A DNA stretch of 64,000 nucleotides from Octopus sinensis (lineage: Eukaryota), in NCBI RefSeq assembly GCF_006345805.1, contig NC_043008.1:56482001-56546000 (forward strand). Direction: 5' to 3'. Positions within the stretch are counted from its first letter, which is position 1; each line of letters starts with the position of its first letter. A program made the translations under genes and the position numbers. Shown in pieces: positions 39,896-53,900 of this stretch. The notes below the pieces were generated by a model that worked only from the letters and a program-made list of their open reading frames with translations, was not told where the DNA came from and ran no database searches.

Positions 39896-41733
39896 GAAAA
39901 AGATTCGCCCTCAAAGGATAATTCCTGTCTAAAATTAAAGTCTACTGACTGGAGTCATTACAGTCCGTACATATAAAAGATAGACGTTGTAAGTAGCGAT
40001 GTGAGATACAAAAGGGTAGCGTTCATATAGGCAGGCTAAAAAGCACATATCTATTACTTATCCAACAGGCTATACGTAAGGGGTTCATCTTCAGCACAGG
40101 TCCCACTTTTCTGTAGTGACTCAGACTAGTGTTTAGAATTTCTAATGCCATTTATATTATGATATTTTCAGTTATTGAATATTTTGGTCTATGGAATAAT
40201 TTCATGCGGCACACATCGTACCTAGGTGGGATACGTCAATCTTTAGATATTAGTAGAATCCACTCAGCTGTCAAAAATGAGTATGAGTATTACCTATATT
40301 TCAAAGGACCAGCCTTGTCATATTCTGTATCACGCTGAATCTCAGCGAGAACTCCGTTAAATGTACACGTGTCCAAAGGCCCGGGACAAGGGGTACAGCG
40401 GGTGCACCTGCACCCCTTGGAATTTTCAGGTGGTGCAAGATCAAAATTTGCACCCCCTACATAATTTTACCAGTTTCAGAAAATAGTGTCTAAAAAAATT
40501 ATCTGTGAATGATGCTTGAAGCTAAATTTCGTTTCAAAGCAAAAACAAAGAACAAAAATAAATAAATGTGATGAAGCTGGGCTTAAAATTCCCAAGGGAA
40601 TTTATGACTAACCAACTTCTGAAGCAAAGTAGCATCAAAATAAAAAAGTATATGACAACAACAGTAGCAACAAACAACAAGAACAACAACATGACCAGCA
40701 TCTACAGCTACTCTTCAATACATAGCATTACTTGGATTCCTGAAGACAGCTCTGTTCTGTGGAATGCTCAGTGGCTTGTTCGTTAATTTCAGACGAAATA
40801 CCGCTAAGCATTTCGCCAAACATGCTAACGTTTCTGCCAGCTCGCCGCCTTTAATAGAATCACCCATCCTACTAGCAGCAAGTGAGAGAACTTTCAGTTA
40901 CTTTATATTATTAATTCATGAAATAATCTCTTGTGGCAAGAACCAAACATAGCTGGGAGTCCTCACACTTTGTACATTAGTAGAACCACCTATATTGTTA
41001 GCAGTGAGTGAAGAATTATTTTATGGAGATTTATAATAATTGATTTAGAAGAGACTTTGAAATGAGCCACATTCGCACCACAAAAGTGAGTCTCTTTCAA
41101 TATTATATTGTCTACAATTCTACTTATTACAACACATGGCATAAGAATAAAACTAAAGGCCAAATTCTATGATTAGTTACGACATAAGCATCATAATTAA
41201 ATTTCTCATTTGTAATACGTGTTATTCCGGTTTTCGTCTTTTCTCCAGTATTTAACAATCACTGATTTATACATATAATTGTGCACGTCACAACATATTA
41301 TACCTATAACAGTGTAACGTATTGTTCTAAGCGCCTAGTGTAGACGATAGACGTCAAACCTAATCGTTAGTAATGCCCTTTCCTGCCGTATATTAAATAT
41401 AGACATATTTATTCATGCATTATAGAGCGGTGTAAGATTCAGCATATGATACATTAAATATTTTTCTACAGAAATCTTTGGAAAATGACGAAATCGGTGC
41501 AAAGTGCTAGTATTTACTTACTTTCTCTCTCACTCTCTCTCTTTCTCTCTCTCTCACTCTCTCTCTCTCTCTCTCTGTTTACCCTCTCTTCAGACACGCA
41601 CATGAATATATGCCTACGTATATATGTATATCTGTATGTACACGCATACTTTTGTATATAATTAGGTAAAAGTTATATATGAAAATATATAAATTTATAT
41701 ATACACCCACGTATATATATATCATACCTCTAT

Positions 41734-41775
<42 letters not shown>

Positions 41776-42362
41776 ACATACACATACAGATATGTTCATA
41801 TACGATTGTGTATATATGTAAATATCTATATATGAATGTCCACATACCTGAATATACATGTATGTATGTATAAGTATATATATGTGTGTGTATTTATAAA
41901 TATTTATAAATTCCTGTGAGGAGAAGAGGGATAAGATAACAGTTATGAAAACCGTTGCACCAACTGAAAAGCTTAAATACGGTTCTTTCACTTAATAATT
42001 AAACATATTACCGAATGATTTTACATAAGAAAAATCCCTAAGTAACATGCAGATCAAAATACAGTGCTCTGCTCAACAGCAGTATACGTCAACAATAGCA
42101 ACACAATCATCAATACCGATCTTGACTGATCTCGACTAATGAGGAATCGACATCATCGAACTACACGCAATACACATCTTTCCCACGAGGTTATTTCAAC
42201 GTTGCCTGATAGAGTGGAGTGAATGTGGCATGACACTCTGAGTAGTCACTGCAGAGTGAACAGATGTGCTAGTTTCCAATAAAATTGGACTCTATATCAT
42301 ATGCTGAGTATTCTGTCCGATACTCTATTCTTCCAATCAATTGCTTATGGGCATGTGTATAT

Positions 42363-42766
42363 ATTTCTTTTATTGCCCACAGGGGGCTAAACATATAGAG
42401 GACAAACAAAGTGATTAAGTCGATTACATCGACCCAAGTGCGAAACTGGTACTTCTTTAATCGACCCCGAAAGGATGAAAGGCAAAGTCGACCTCGGCGG
42501 AATTTGAACTCAGAACGTAACGGCACACGAAATACCTATTTCTTTACTACCCACAAGGGGCTAAACACAGAGAGGACAAACAAGGACAGACAAACGGATT
42601 AAGTCGATTACATCAACCCCAGTGCGTAACTGGTACTTAATTTATCGACCCCGAAAAGAAGAAAGGCAAAGTCGACCTCGGCGGAATTTGAACTCAGAAC
42701 GTAACGGCAGACGAAATACCGCTAAGCATTTCGCCCGGCGTGCTAACGATTCCGCCAGCTCGCCGC
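42363..42766 (-). mobile_element. SINE family A dimer
   Basis: Full unit 42536-42766 followed on the minus strand by a 5'-truncated unit 42363-42535; same junction as at 8882/8883. Confidence 0.9.
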
Positions 42767-43978
42767 TTATGCATATGTGTACACACTCACACATACACAC
42801 ACACACGCATGTATATCAACCATAAATATTACCCATTCTTTTCCCTGCATAATTTTACAACCAAAATCGAACGAAAATTCTGCCTCAAACTAAAATATAA
42901 TAGAAATGAAAACTACCCATAACAACACAATAAGTTGTTTTAAAATTCAGGCATAATTTCTTGGATTTTACAAATTAAATACTATAGCAATGTCGATACT
43001 AGTGAACTGAGAAGACGCTTCACAATATTTAGATACAGTCTCTGATGGATAGTTGATTACCTGTTCAGCATATATATTACAATTAACAAAGCATGTGGCT
43101 AAGCACGCTGCTTTTATTTAATCAGCCGCCAGTTTGATCGATCTGTCAAAATTGGCGTCTTAAAAATCCAGCAAGCCAACAAATAAAGAAACGAAAAATT
43201 CTTACAATATTGTAGATATCCTGGAACTCACGTTCCGTCAACTAACTGGTGGTGCCGGCTAGCGTATACCATTTTGTATGATTAAGCAGTGTCTTCCTTA
43301 GAAACATACAGCAAACTTTCATATCTTGTTCTCTTTTTTTAATGTTGCTGTTGTTTCTGCTGGCTACCATCCATGCACATATAATAAACCCTCGGTAAAA
43401 AAGAAGATATTTTATGAGTTTTTGAATGAAAATTTAGCAAACGAACAAAGCGGTGTTTGAATAACGATAATGGAACATTTTGAATTCTTTCAGTTCAATC
43501 ACTAATAGCAAATAGAGAAGAGTGATAAAACTATTTTGCCATGCAATGGTATCGTCTTATGTATGCATTCATTGTAGTGGTTTGCTCTTCTCCCCTGGTT
43601 TTCTCTCCCCCTCTCCGCTTGTTTGACTGTCTCACCATCTCTGCATATGTGTATTTTTGCTTCTTGTTTCTCATGGTCTTTCTTTATATATATTTTTAAA
43701 ATATTTTGATGCCTGCTTCTTATATGATTGATTATGTGTACATTTAAATTGAATGTTTAAGAGATGAATGTATGGACTTTTGCATTTGTTTGTATCTGTG
43801 CAAGATTGTGCGACGGGATAAGGCGCAGCTGTGCGATATATGTATTGTGCGTGCTATGTAGAGTGTGTGCTATTTTGTTTGTGTACGCATGTCTGTGGGC
43901 TTGTGTTAAATCGTGTCGATTCAAAATAAATTCACGTACAGAACACACATGTATAGACAAATATTCACGAAAGCCTCA

Positions 43979-44078
<100 letters not shown>

Positions 44079-44526
44079 GCCTGTCTGTCTGTCTGTCTGT
44101 CTGCCTGCCTACCTGCCTGTCTGTCTGTCTGTCTGTCCGTCTGTGTGGCTGGCTGTCTATATATCTATCTATCTTCATATATATGTATATATATATATAC
44201 ATATTTAAATACACAAACACACAGACATATGTATATATATAAAAGTATATAAATATATATGTATATACATTTTTACATATAGAAGATATATAACAGATAT
44301 TATATATATATATATACATACAGATATATATTGAAAGCGCTCACACACACCAGGAAGAAAACGTCTTCTAAAAAGTTATAAACCGCCTGATAAAAGATTT
44401 TATAACTAGTTTTAAAAAATAATTGTCAAAAAATTCCCCTTTGTACTTAAAAACTATATTAAGTAATTTTAACAAAAACTTTCATATTTATATATATACA
44501 TTCATACATATATATATATATATATG

Positions 44527-45407
44527 CAGTGTGTTTCAAAAAACTTGATATCATTTCGCAATTTAATAACTTTGCCAGTTCGTGTTCAAATGACTTCATA
44601 TTTTAACACTATGTGTAGGAACAGATAAAAATTTCATGTTTGATGTTCGATATGTTTATGTTTTCAGGTATAGAAATGGAATTCACTGGAAGAGAAGAGA
44701 TATTTTGTGTGTTGGAGTATGCTCGAACACAATCAAGCAAGACTGTGCAGCGTGCATGAGAGAGTTCTCTAAAAAGACACCAACGGCAATGCAGATTTGG
44801 ACATGGTACAAAAATTCAAAGAGGAAGGCTGTCTGTGCAGGGCAAAATGATCTAGACGGCCACTATCATCGGAAGAGACGGTCGAGCGGAATCGTCAAAA
44901 ACTCATGCTAAACCCCAAGAATTCCATAAGAAGAACAAATCTGGAAACACAGATTCCTCCAACGAAAGTTTGGCGCGTTCTGAGGAAACGCTTGCTAATG
45001 AAACCCTACAAGCTGCAGCTCGATCAGGCTATAACGTCAGCTGACAAGCGAAAGCGCAAACATGGGGCTATGTGAATGGCCTAGTCTATGTCCTCCTTCT
45101 TCCTGCAAATCTAGAGGAACTCGAGCAGAGAATCACTACCGCACTGGAGACTGTTACCTAAGACATGCTGCAGCATGTTTGGGAGAAGCTGAACTACCAA
45201 CTTGACGTGTGCTGTGTCTCAGACGGTGCGCATATTGAACATTTGTGAAATCCTTCATGGAATCCGCATACCTTTGAATTTCTCATTAAAATTTAGAGGG
45301 ATAAATCTTATGTTGCTCAACATTAAGCCTGTTTAGTTTCATTTGCTTTGACTATGTAGTTTCCGTTATATTTACATCTCAAATGATATAAAAAATTTTG
45401 AAATACA

Positions 45408-45410
<3 letters not shown>
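44527..45410 (+). mobile_element. Internally deleted Tc1/mariner element (rosa/DUF4817-type transposase)
   Basis: Imperfect TIRs cagtgtgtttcaaaaaacttgatatcattt / aaatgatataaaaaattttgaaatacactg within (TA)n. N-terminus MEFTGREEIFCVLEYARTQSSKTVQRA from 44676. C-terminus WGYVNGLVYV..LPANLEELEQRITTALETVTKDMLQHVWEKLNYQLDVCCVSDGAHIEHL* to 45248. Confidence 0.85.
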
Positions 45411-45445
<35 letters not shown>

Positions 45446-45481
45446 TGTATTTAAATTTTTTTATATCATTTGAGATGTATA

Positions 45482-45665
45482 AAGGACTGAACACGAAAAG
45501 TGGACAGTCAGCATGCTAGATATAGACGTCAAATCGCCATTCTCCACAAAGAGTATGTTCTCAAATAAAACTCGAGTTTTATTTGAGAACATACTCTTTG
45601 AGGAGAATGGCGATTTGACGTCTATATCTAGCATGCTGACTGTCCACTTTTCGTGTTCAGTCCTT
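45482..45665. repeat. Loopless palindrome, 92 bp arms
   Basis: Centred on CTC|GAG at 45573/45574; one mismatch (45546/45601). Confidence 0.95.
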
Positions 45666-46267
45666 AATTTGTATGTATAAATATTTTAATCTTCGGATTC
45701 TTTTTAATATGCTAGACCACTGGTTTAAATTGACTAACATCAATTTCTACCCTTAATTAATATTATATATATATATATATAAAATTATTTTTTGAGGGAA
45801 TAAAATCCAAACTTGCAAGGAAAAAAATTCAATTTAGAAATACTAAATCAAATTCCACACAATATAATATATATTAGTTTTTGCATTTTACTTAATCTTT
45901 GACATTTTATTGTTATTTTAATTTTAATTTTTCTATTATATGTAATTTTCTAGGTGTAATTTAATTGTTCATTTTGAATTAATAAAAGGTGTTTGTTTTC
46001 TAATTATAAATATATATATATATACAAGCATATACGTAGGCATATTTCATTACTTTTCTGAGGTAGTTACCGCTTCTTGGTGATATATATAAAATGACCA
46101 CTTTCTTCCTTGGTCCGTTTCTATCTGAGTTACATGCCAACTAATTTTGATATAAACAACTGGTTGTATAGTGTAGCTAGACTATGAACAATCTTGAATT
46201 AAGCAAAGACGGATGAGGTGATTATGTACTGTGACAGCTAGATTATCCACGAAGGAACTATATTCTA

Positions 46268-46820
46268 TATTTTCGTGGTTTGTATTTGAAATTTATTTTT
46301 CTATTTTGCTTAATAATTGACAGAGATGAATTTATGAAACGAATTTCTCGTTCAGTCGCTGTGCACACACTCCTGGACACCATAAATCTATATGTGTCGT
46401 TCAACTTCATAATTTCTACTATCTAATTAGACATTGCAAATCATTATATATTCTTCTAGTGGGATGATACTTTCCATAAATTATATTCTATTTCTTTGTC
46501 AGTATTTCATGAAAAAAAACAACAATTCCATTCGTTTGTCATTTCCAGGTTAATTAATATGATATTATCATGTTAATCACGATATCAACAGCTGCTATAT
46601 ATTGTGAAATGTCTGTTTGTATTATATCTAATTATTAAGTTAATGGTTATGTCATGCAAACGCTTTCTAAAAAGAATGAAATAGTGCAAAAAATATATAT
46701 ATACATATTCGATATTTTCGTGGTTTGTATTTGAAATTTATTTTTCTATCCTGCTTAATAATTGACAGAGATGAATTCATGAAATGAATTTCTCGTTCAG
46801 TCGTTGTGCACACACTCCTG
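46268..46820 (+). repeat. ~108 bp direct repeats (46268-46375 and 46712-46820)
   Basis: atattttcgtggtttgtatttgaaattt...gtgcacacactcctg occurs twice with a few substitutions. Confidence 0.9.
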
Positions 46821-46831
46821 TACACTTAGAT

Positions 46832-46962
46832 GCAGGAGTGACTGTGTGGTAAGTGCTTGCTTAACGTGGCACCTTGGGCAAGTGTCATCTACTATAGCCT
46901 CGGGCCGACCAAAGCCTTGTGAGTGGATTTGGTGGCCGGAAATCTGAAAGAAGACCGTCGTA

Positions 46963-47026
<64 letters not shown>

Positions 47027-47228
47027 CATGTTTGTGTGTCTGTGTTTGTCTCCCCAACATCTCTTGACAACCGATGCTGGTGTGATTACTTAGCGGTTCG
47101 GCAAATACACTGATAGTACTGAAAGTACTAGGCTTCCAAAGTATAAGTTCAGGGGTCCATTTGCTCGACGAAACGCGGTGCTCCAGCATGGCCGCAGTCA
47201 AATGACTGAAACAAGTAAAAGTAAGTAA
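46832..47228 (+). mobile_element. SINE family B
   Basis: Head, core, internal (TA)n and tail. Confidence 0.88.
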
Positions 47229-47696
47229 AGTAATATATAATTAAATATAGCAAATCTATGCGTTCTCCTCGGATTCTACAATTACAAATTCAAATCTGTT
47301 GTAATCCCACTTCATGTAGATGGTTATCTTTCTTGTAATGAGGGCCTTTGTCAAAGAGAACCAAGAGTTTTATTCGTTGGCACCTAAGGAAGAATACACT
47401 ATATGAGGCAACCCGAAGTGACTAAATATTTCCTGCTTTTTTATGCCGTATATATATATTTGGTTCTCTCGTGAGTATAATGCATTGAAACAAAAAGTCA
47501 TAGCACCGACCGTTTGGTGAGTCGTTGTTCTCTATCAGTGATTAGATATCAAAGCTGCTTTGCTATACATACATGTTTGCAGGTACACACAGCACACCTG
47601 CATATATTTACGTGAGCGTGAATATATATATATTTTCTGCATATGTACATGTATAATAAATAAACAAATATACGTATGTATATATACATATATATG

Positions 47697-47738
<42 letters not shown>

Positions 47739-48130
47739 CATATGACAATTTAATAAATAAAACATATGCATACATAAATATATGTACATACCTACATCTA
47801 TATGTATATATACATGCATATATGAGTACAGGACACCACAAATAAACTTAGAACACAACGAGAAACGAAAACATAAAATCAAACAAGGAAACGGACTTTT
47901 TAACAACGAAAAAAACAGAGTACAAAACAAAACAATACAAGGAACATTCCCCTTCTTCAGCTGCCCCTGTTTCGACTCAATATATATACATGTATGTACA
48001 TATATGTATACATATATATGTTTGTGTGTCTATTTATGTATGTATCTATGTACATATGCATGGGAGTATGTCATAGCTTCCTTCACTGTGTATGTTAGTA
48101 TGTATTAGCTTGCATATATGCTGGTGTATG

Positions 48131-48174
<44 letters not shown>

Positions 48175-48645
48175 GCATAATGATAAATATGAAAGAAAAT
48201 GTCTGTTTAGGTATCTATTGCAAATGTCAGTTCACAATATCGTTGACTTTGTTTTTCTGTATTTCACATTTAATTCATTGCTGCAGATGCAGGTGTCATA
48301 AATATCATTAGTTATATTCCAACTACTTACACCTGTTCATCGCCGAGTACAGTGGGAAGGGCTGACTCGGAAATATATTGAGATGATCGAATAGAAGAAG
48401 GACATACGTATGTCGTTTTAATCATGCATACATACACACACATACACACACATATATCTACAGATAAATATATATAGATATAAATGCACAAAAACATACA
48501 TACATATATACATATGAATATAAATACATATGTGGATGTCTTTGCATTTGCATATTATCTTTATATAAGCACGAATGTGTGTATATATATATATATGTGT
48601 ATATATGTGTATGTATATATATATATATATAGGTATATATGCAAT

Positions 48646-48696
<51 letters not shown>

Positions 48697-48730
48697 CTGT
48701 ATTTATCTTCTATCAATATCTACACACACG

Positions 48731-48790
<60 letters not shown>

Positions 48791-49020
48791 TTCGTATGTG
48801 ATTTTATACATACATACTTACAAACATACGTACATATATACGTAACATATATGCACACACACACATATATATATATACACATACATGTAAATGCATATAT
48901 ATATACATACATGCGTTTGAACATACATACATGTGGAGGTATTTACATTTGTATCTCATCTTTACATATGTATATACATACATATACATACATGCCTAGA
49001 TGTATACATACACACACACG

Positions 49021-49054
<34 letters not shown>

Positions 49055-49166
49055 CATATATGTATATATATATATAATATTATTAGAGACAAAACCACTA
49101 TTTTGCAAAACAAACAAGGAAAGACTTAATCAATACATAAAATTTTAATAAAAGTCAAAAAAACCG

Positions 49167-49209
49167 CCACTACAATTGTTTCTTGTCTTGATCGACAATC
49201 TTCAGGTGG
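49167..49209 (-). ncRNA. Type I hammerhead ribozyme (family 6), left-arm copy
   Basis: Exact reverse complement of 50694-50736. Confidence 0.85.
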
Positions 49210-50693
49210 ACTTCCAATCTAAAATATCAATATTTTAAAATATAAAAATAATAATTTTAAAATAATTAAAGTATTAATGAAAAAATATAAATATATAATC
49301 TATTTATAACCTATATATAATCCATATATAATCAATATATAAACAATATATAAACTAAAATAAACCTATCAACAATTAAATATAAAATATAAAATATAAA
49401 ATATAAAATATAAAACAAAACAAAAAATAAACTATATATACACCCATACACATATAACTAATTATATATAACCATATCTAAATACACTAAATCACACACC
49501 TATATATATATCCCTATACATACACATAAAAACGTCTAGGCAACGATAAATAAATAAAATAGCTAAATACTTCAACACAATACTTATTCATACTCCCTCA
49601 CACACACATACAACCCACATTCCCGCTCTAGAAAACGGACATCACTTAAAATTATGAACGGAGAAATGGAATAAATGGAATTAAAAATTATATTCACTTG
49701 GTAAAACGAACACTACTTAAAATTATGAATGAAATAATGCAATAAAACAACAGACATCGCAAATAGACACAAATTACTACGAATTCCTTAACAAAACTAC
49801 CATGATAAACCAAAACTCATAAAAACATATAATGATAAAATCTCCCTTAACTAAACTCTATAACATACCTATATAGCAATCCCCCTAACCTAAACATTCA
49901 CACACAAATACACACACGTAAACCACACACCCACGACATATACAAATACCCACCCCACTTACATATTTGTATATGTCGTGGGTGTGTGGTTTACGTGTGT
50001 GTATTTGTGTGTGAATGTTTAGGTTAGGGGGATTGCTATATAGGTATGTTATAGAGTTTAGTTAAGGGAGATTTTATCATTATATGTTTTTATAAGTTTT
50101 GGTTTATCATGGTAGTTTTGTTAAGGAATTCGTAGTAATTTGTGTCTATTTGCGATGTCTGTTGTTTTATTGCATTATTTCATTCATAATTTTTAAGTAG
50201 TGTTCGTTTTACCAAGTGAATATAATTTTTAATTCCATTTATTCCATTTCTCCGTTCATAATTTTAAGTGATGTCCGTTTTCTAGAGCGGGAATGTGGGT
50301 TGTATGTGTGTGTGAGGGAGTATGAATAAGTATTGTGTTGAAGTATTTAGCTATTTTATTTATTTATCGTTGCCTAGACGTTTTTATGTGTATGTATAGG
50401 GATATATATATAGGTGTGTGATTTAGTGTATGTATTTAGATATGGTTATATATAATTAGTTATATGTGTATGGGTGTATATATAGTTTATTTTTTGTTTT
50501 GTTTTATATTTTATATTTTATATTTAATTGTTGATAGGTTTATTTTAGTTTATATATTGTTTATATATTGATTATATATGGATTATATATAGGTTATAAA
50601 TAGATTATATATTTATATTTTTTCATTAATACTTTAATTATTTTAAAATTATTATTTTTATATTTTAAAATATTGATATTTTAGATTGGAAGT

Positions 50694-50736
50694 CCACCTG
50701 AAGATTGTCGATCAAGACAAGAAACAATTGTAGTGG
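50694..50736 (+). ncRNA. Type I hammerhead ribozyme (family 6), canonical
   Basis: ccac CTGAAGA ttgtc gatcaa gacaa GAAAC aatt GTA gtgg; palindromic ACAATTGT; predicted cleavage after 50732. Confidence 0.85.
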
Positions 50737-50934
50737 CGGTTTTTTTGACTTTTATTAAAATTTTATGTATTGATTAAGTCTTTCCTTGTTTGTTTTGCAA
50801 AATAGTGGTTTTGTCTCTAATAATATTATATAATATTTTACTATAAAATTGGATTTAATCCTAAATCTGATTTTTTTCCCTGTAAATTTGGATTTATTCC
50901 CTAATATTTATTATTATTATTATATATATATATT

Positions 50935-50978
<44 letters not shown>

Positions 50979-53900
50979 ATATATATATACGGATACAGGC
51001 TCACACACACATACACACACATAAACACACAGCTATCTACATTCTTGAGATTTTTGCATAATCACCAATAAAATGCCGTTATAACCCTGCAAGGCTTGTG
51101 AATTTCTTCACAATAAATTTGATCACATGAGTTATCTATGTATCAATGACATTTAAATTTTCTGTCAAAATGTGATTATAACAGAGCTACAAGAAACTCT
51201 TATTAATTATTCAAATACGCCGCCAGCAAGAATATCACAAGTGAACTAGAGGGAAAGATTTACATGTTTAATGTAAAATATAAAAACTTGAAATGGATAA
51301 ACTGAAGAGGTGGAAAAAAGGGGAACTTTATAGTAGTAATTATTAGTATTTTTATCATGTGGGCGAGAACGCGGTGATAACGTGTAGTAGGTGGGCATTA
51401 ATACACACACACACACACACACATACACACACATACGTTTTAATCCAAGATGGCGACAAGTACCGATGTTCCATTTGACAAAGTTGATAATTGTTAACGG
51501 ACACCTACTAACATGAAACCAATGGTAGCCTTAACCCATAAATATAAAGAATTTTCATCCACCAATACAGTGTTGAACACTCATTCTCATTGTTTGACAT
51601 TAACGCGTATATATATATATATATTATATATGTGTGTATGTGTGTGTGTGTGTGTGTGAATGTATAATTATATATAAATGTATATATATATGTATGTATA
51701 TGTATATATATCTATGTATACACATTTATATATACATATAACAAAGAGAAGGGTCCTTTCAGAGGGCCATGATTGATCTGGCCGAGGTGATGTGGACCCC
51801 TTCTCCTCTCTGGTGAATTGCACAATCATTCCACTAACTGTAGGGAGCGGAATCCCAAGGCTTTCTGCGTTTTAACGCTATGTCCACCTTCAGAATGATC
51901 CACAATACGGCCTCTTTGAAATTCAGACAGTTCCAAGGTTTCTTTTGTACATTAAACAGTCACACATAGAATCTGAAACATAAAATGTCAACTAATAAAA
52001 ATGTAAACTCTTACAAGTTATAATAAACATAAAACGATGTTTCATGGTGTGTCTATTAACTTCTGTCATGGTTGTGTATGTCTGCATATGCATGTGTGCC
52101 AGCGTCTATGAGATGTGAATTTTTGAAGATTTGATCAGAGAAAAAATGGGAGAAAGAAGGGAAGTATCTTTCTTTCTTCCTATCTTAATATAAAAAGGCA
52201 TAAAACTTTCCGTTAAAATCACATCTGATGAGTCTCGGAAAAGTAATCTAAGTGGTAATAAATAATTATCAAAACTGCGAACTATCTCCTTTTTCCCAAT
52301 ATATGAAATCCGTACGCCACTTCAAACAATCTATACATACGAAAAATTCTTACACAAAATATTCCTTCTACATCTGCGTTAATTTCCTTTTTAAGAAGAC
52401 TTTATATATAATAATTTCGCTTTTAAGGAAATATATTTTTAAATATATATGTGTGCGCATGCATACGTATATACATACTGATACGAGTTTTATGCCTTTT
52501 TAAGTTGAAGGGTTTATTATATACACAGATATGATGTCTAATTCTCAAATTGTGCAATTTAGATTGTTACGACATTGTCTTGTCGTTTTCAGTTCGCTAA
52601 ATGCATTAGCGTGATTGTTATAGCACCACACTCATTAGTACAACAAACACAGCATATTCAAGTTATCACTGTAAAACCCACAGACGTCAACGCTTCTTTT
52701 CATCAAACTCAGCGGTACTGGAAGCCTTGCAAAGGCCATGGCCACTGCCTTTTCCTCCAGACTCAACGAGTAAATAGAAAATCTGTGATCTTGTCCCTAC
52801 ACTTGCGTCAGAAATTAATTAGCACTTCTCAAATTTCTACATTAATTAACCTATGAGCTGTTCAAAACGTCTTACGCGATGAGAAAACTTAGTACGGTGT
52901 GATTTCGGTCCTTGCGAGGCGCTACCTATATCTATTAAACAAAGGAAGATTTGTCTGCATCCGCACTCCAATTTGTTGCACTGCTATGTCAACATCATAA
53001 GGCTGTAGACTCTCAAACTGCTCTGCAAACAAAGTTACGTCATCATTCTGCGCAACAGTGAACTCGCAACAAAGCAATAGTTCGAGATATGGCCACTAGG
53101 TGACAGCACATACCTTGAGTGAAGAGCAAATCAAGGGTGCTAATTAATTTCTGACGGTAGTGTATGTAACAAATCGACTTTGTCTTTTATCCTTCTGCAG
53201 CTTAGAAAATAAAGTACCAGTCAAGTACTAATGTCGACATAATCAGCTAATGTGATCAACTTAAAATCTCAGCCTTTATGTTGAAAAAAAAAAGTGTAGG
53301 AATCTGTATTTTGATACATGCTTACTAAACGCATTACGCTCGCTGAATGAAATAAAGCTTTAGTATTCTTTCACATTAAATCATATTTACTGCGTTTTGT
53401 ACCTGTTCGGAGACCATTAAAACATTTCCATTTCTGGAACAAATAAGATGATATTCTTTGAATTTTCAAAGGAAACCAAAGATTAAATTACTAAAATTTT
53501 GTTCACAACAGCACCAATGAGTTGATCAGAGGAAAAATTAAACACAGACATCCAGAATTTCAAGTATAAAACATTAATATTTTTTAAAAAATGTTTTATA
53601 ATGTTGCTGTATAATGTTCCGTTACAGTATTTCTGCATCACATTTTTTATTAGTATTTTGATATTATTTGATTAAAAAAAAAATTGTTTCGTTTGATAAT
53701 CCTTTTTTATTATGCTCTTTTAACACGTCTTTATATTGTTATTATTTCATGTTGTTTTATAACCATTTTTTATATCATGGCGGTTCATAATGTTATATCA
53801 TAATGTCTTATAGTGTTGCTTTTATGATATTGTTTCATTATATTATTTTATAGCGTTTAGTTTTTAATGTTTTTTCTTTCTTCCATAATGTTATATAAGA

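Larger units (their letters stand above)
49071..50832. mobile_element. 1.76 kb inverted duplication of a Penelope-like tail
   Basis: Arms 49071-49948 and 49964-50832, 15 nt loop; an HHR near each outer end. Confidence 0.8.

Noticed and set aside
47820-47980. TA-flanked tail containing GAAAC then CTGAAGA on the minus strand
   Set aside because: No closing stems; truncated by the microsatellite.
48325-48410. Possible minus-strand exon ending at GTAAGTA
   Set aside because: Short, ambiguous acceptor, and no recognisable peptide.
52225-52250. CTGATGA gtctcg GAAAAGTA
   Set aside because: Stem II, stem III and stem I do not pair.
52575-53150. Complex non-repeat region with short ORFs and splice-like sites
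   Set aside because: No coherent ORF or homology recognisable by eye; needs RNA-seq.
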